From: Euglena gracilis
Taxonomy: Eukaryota
DNA: 64,000 bases
Direction of reading: 5' to 3'
NCBI GenBank assembly: GCA_039621445.1
Contig: CP154954.1
Coordinates: 33,085,455 to 33,149,454 of the forward strand
The translations under genes and the position numbers were made by a program. Positions within the stretch are counted from its first letter, which is position 1, and every line of letters starts with the position of its first letter. Below, piece by piece: positions 44,746 to 64,000 of this stretch. The notes under the pieces are model-generated. The model searched no databases. It was not told the DNA's origin and was given only the letters and a program-made list of their open reading frames with translations.

Positions 44746-46641
44746 CACCCTAGGCGCGGGGAACCCGGCCTCCAGCTATGGATTAACTGCACGCCCCCAC
44801 CCTTGGACTGTCTCCTGCCGTGTTGATTGGACGCGTGATGCAGTACGTTTGTCTTTTGAACCCCTCAAGTGACCGGGTTGGCATGCTCCATTTGTTGGAT
44901 TGCGCATTTTGATGGTCTGTGTTTTCATCCATGAACTCATCGTGCCAACCTGGAAATATGGAACGCAGTACATAAATACTTTCCCACGCAAATTTAATCT
45001 TTCTAGTACCATCTTTCTAGTACCTCGTCATTTGGGCATTGCCATATTCTTCCCAATGCTAATAAAACAAGAATGGTATTTTTTTAAGATACAGATACCC
45101 TTCAAAATTTTGACATTTTATGCACCCAGTTCCTGGGACAGTGTCACCAAGGGTTTTCTCAAGCCACCCCCCCCGGGGGGGGTTCCATTCAGCCAGCACG
45201 TTTTTTTTTCCAGCCAGCAGCTCCCAGCTGGGCTGTGGGCCCCCCAGGAGATCCTCTTAAATGAAGTTTAGCCAGCCCGGCAAAGCCGGGCGGGGCCGGA
45301 AAAAAAGGAGTCAAAGTGGCCAAGAAATGCATTTTTGAAGGGGGCTGTTTTTAGGGATTTCAGGGTTTTTAGGGTTTTTAGGGGTTCGGGATTTCTAGCT
45401 AAAAAAAAACCCCCAACCCAGCTGGAGTTGGACATCTCTGCCATTTTTCGGGTATCTGCCGGGGCCAGCTGCCAGAGGTCGGACCCCCCCCCCTCCGAAC
45501 CCCCCGCCCCTCACCTGGCTGCCTGGGGGGTCCAGCCAGCACCTTTTTCTAGCCGGCCCGCCTGCCCCCCCCCCCCCCCCGGAGGTTCTTAAATGGAAAC
45601 CCCTGGCTGGCATGCCCGAGAACCTGTCAGGTCCCGCCCGGGATGCTGTCCGAAGCCCCTGTACCGGCCAATCTGTCATCATGGCAAGTTGCCAGGGTCC
45701 CTGGTACTGTGGTACTGGCTGACTTTTCATGTGACAGTGTCCCAGGTGGGAAGGTGTGCTTTCACGGATTTTTCTACAAATTGTGTGGAATCCTTGTGGC
45801 AAACAATTTTATTGGTTTATTTCTGTGCCTCACACCTTTTGCAAAAAAAGATTGAGGGGGGACTGAATATTTTTTCCACCTCAAGGGTTGTGGTCGCACC
45901 AGCAGGTTGTTGGGGTGAAACCAGGGCTGATTGAAAATCTCCAGTTTGCGACTTTCCTCTCCTGCAGAGATAAACAGCCCTGGAGTCAGTCGCAGCCGTT
46001 CAGCACACTTACCAGTGGGCGTACCCCTGAATTGCTTTTGTTTCCGGAGGCACCACCCCTCGTCTCACAACGTCTGTTCAAAATCCCAAAATTGTAGGTG
46101 TACCTGCTTTTGCAAGCAAATTCACTTCCACCGTTGCTGATTGGCTGGTTGGGAGAAACCCTCATTCAGCTTCGATATTTGTTTGACAATGTGGTGCATT
46201 GAGACGGTTGTTATGAAAAAACCTGCTTAAGGCATCCCATGCGCATCCACACCTTGAGTGGTGTGTCAAATGATTCGGCCCCAGTTTAGCATCCCAACAG
46301 GTGGGGCAGCCACCTTGAAAAAAGGATTTCCCCCCCAAAAAATATCGGGGCGCGGCCCGCAAACATTCAAAGAACAAAACAGAAGCAAAGAGATAAAAAT
46401 GCCAATCCAATCGCTGAGTAGATTCAGTTGGACGCTTTGTTCACTGGCCGGGGCATTTTTACGCTATGCACCTACCAGTGTGGGAGGTTAAGCCTGGGAG
46501 CATAGAAAATGGCCCCCGATTTTTTCTTCTGGAGCGCCCCAATGACAGTTCAATCCTCCAACTCGACCCGTGCCACCCGAACCCGCAGTGCGTCGCATGC
46601 CGTGTGTCGTCTTTTTCCTCCGGGCGGTGTGAGGCACCGGG

Positions 46642-61790
<15,149 letters not shown>

Positions 61791-64000
61791 GTGTGGTTGG
61801 GTCGGTGGGTTGGGGGGTTTAGGGGCACAAAATACACAAACACTGTCCCTTTTTTGAGCGAGCCATGCGGAAGCCGGCCGTGTCATAAAAAATTTGTTAT
61901 TAGGTTATCTGATTTCAATCATTTGGAACGGATCGCCTGGCTCCATCCATCGATCCCTCCCCAAAGGGGCGGTGCTGTTGGGGGCCTCAGGGCCCCTCTT
62001 TGGCACTCCCATTTAGCGATCCCGCCGGCCCACGACGACACAGACCCCCTCCCTGCGCTGCCGTCCGGTCTGTCCTTCCCAGGGTCGTCTTTTTTTTTTG
62101 ATTGGGGACGGGAGCACTGGAAGGCCCATCCCTGGACAGAGCCCTGTCGTTTGCAACGACAACCGCCTTTACCACACGCCCAGCTGCGGACCAAAATGGC
62201 GAGAGGGCTTCTGCCTGGAGGGTCGGTGTGCATTCTTGTTCATCCAGTGTTTCAAAGTGTCCTTGGTTGCTTGGCCTGCCAGCTTGGTGCCTTTCCCATG
62301 GCATCGTCTGGGCTCTGACAGAAGGGCAGCCTTCCAACAGTATCCAACAGAAAAGAAGCGACCCTCATCTTGACCCTGTGCTGTCCCATTATCATTGTGT
62401 GTCATGTGCCTTTTCCTCTTGCTTCCTCCCTTCCTAGCTTGGCTCTTCGCATTGAGATTCGAGAGTTCGTTTCATTGTTTCTGACGCTGTGTCCAATGGT
62501 TGCAGCCTCGAATTCAACAGACCTCTTGCAGCCACAGATACCTCCCAAAGCCGTCCTGTTCACGCAGCTACACACACCACCAAAGGCTTTGGCCAGTTGG
62601 AGATGATCACTTGTTGACCGAGGAGCTTTTCCCCAGCCCAAGAATTCCTCTGAAATACCCAAAGCCCTCGAGAAAAGCGACGTCACAAATGTCCAGCTCC
62701 AGTCTGAAGTCACACCTCCCCCACCGTAAGGGGCAGGACTTTTCTTTTTATTATCCAACGGCCAACAGCCAATCCGGGGCTCGGGCGGGTTCGAAAATTG
62801 AAGCAAATCGAAATTTGTATTCTTTTGATGTTTTCGGCGGATGGACGATGGTCCAAAATTGCTAGAAATACAATCGTTCCCCGATGTGAACTGGTTTTTT
62901 GCCAAGGGATATCGAACTCTTGCCCATTTCCCTGGGGATTTTAGTTCAATCTGCTAGGACAGCGGAGTTTCTTTTCTGTTAACAGGCTGGAGGCCCCAAC
63001 TTGGCTCAAACAGAAAACACACCGCACTCGCGTCATGACCCAACGAAGGTCGCCATTGCATTGCCATCGCCAGACAATCGACTGCTGTTGGCTGTGTGTT
63101 CCCACTGCCTTTCCTTCACCATCGTTCTGACAGAGCAGCCAGAAATGGGTTCTCTTGCAATTTTTCTTCACCTCCTCTCCAAACAGCACGTCTCTTTCTC
63201 ATTTTCTCTGCAGCATTTGCGTTTCTGTCGTGTTCCGTTGCATTGTTGTGCTCAGTATGGCATGTCATGTCCATGACCCAGCGGGATATCTTTCTGTGGT
63301 CAGCAATGCGGAGTTTGTGGATCAGGCTTGTTCGGGCATCAACCCATTTATAACCCCCCCCCCTGGCCCAATTACCAAACCGTGATTTACAACCCCACCC
63401 AGAGGGAAAGAACGATGAAGAAGCAATAGACAAAACATGCTAAACTCCTCAGTGTCCGAAAAAACAGGTGTGGTGGGCATGCCAACCTCCCAGGTTTTGG
63501 CAAAAAGAACCATGAAGTTACCCAAAATACCTTGTTTGCCCCCCCCCCAGGGCAAGAATTGGGGGTCATTTTGAACCTCTTCCCATTACACACCAAGGCT
63601 CAATTTATAACCACCCCCCCTTACCCCCCCCCCGCCCCCCCGGACCGACCACCAAACAGGTTCTTATAACCCCTGGGGGGATTTAAGTGAGGAGGTTTTT
63701 AGAGCAAAGGAAGATCATTTTCAATTAAATGCCATTCTAGCGCCATTTTTGAAGTAGAAAAGCTCCAGTATGTTTTGTATTTGCATATTTCGGGAAGCCT
63801 CAGAGCTTCACAAAAGTTCAACCCTCTCCAATCAAATACACATTTATAACATTTTCCGGCGCAAAAAAAAGGTTTTTTATCCATTGTCATGCTGTTATGT
63901 GCAGGGTGTTAATGGAGCGTTGTTTTGTACAGGGGGAGGGGGGCTCAGATCACCCCCCCCCCGCCATTTGGGCTGAGTGGGTTCCGGGACCCCCAAGGAA

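Noticed and set aside
45350-45385. TTTTAGGG telomere-like tract
   Set aside because: Short, degenerate and inside a dispersed repeat; no evidence of a chromosome end.

Overview
Eukaryotic nuclear DNA, very probably from a euglenid (Euglena gracilis-like). It has short GC-rich exons, a mix of GT-AG, GC-AG and euglenid nonconventional introns (CAG at +4..+6 pairing with CTG at -8..-6), long microsatellites and many MITE-like repeats. Manual splicing gives three + strand genes. (1) An LRR + LRRcap + IQ coiled-coil protein (LRRIQ1-like, about 1.4-29.4 kb). (2) A C2orf69/UPF0565-like alpha/beta-hydrolase-fold protein (about 38.1-44.7 kb). (3) A protein with an N-terminal coiled coil, one BLUF domain and one degenerate class III cyclase domain, i.e. 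a photoactivated adenylyl cyclase (PAC)-related pseudocyclase (about 46.6-61.8 kb or beyond). There is also a weakly supported - strand gene (30.3-32.5 kb) and an intronless, decayed DDE-type transposase (33.3-35.9 kb). Two results stand out. First, intact CAG...CTG MITEs with 8-bp target-site duplications lie alongside nonconventional introns whose geometry (3 nt + CAG...CTG + 5 nt) equals one element plus one 8-bp TSD, and two of those introns are homologous to dispersed repeat families in this window. Second, the BLUF-pseudocyclase. All gene models were read by eye without alignments or RNA data, and several junctions remain uncertain.
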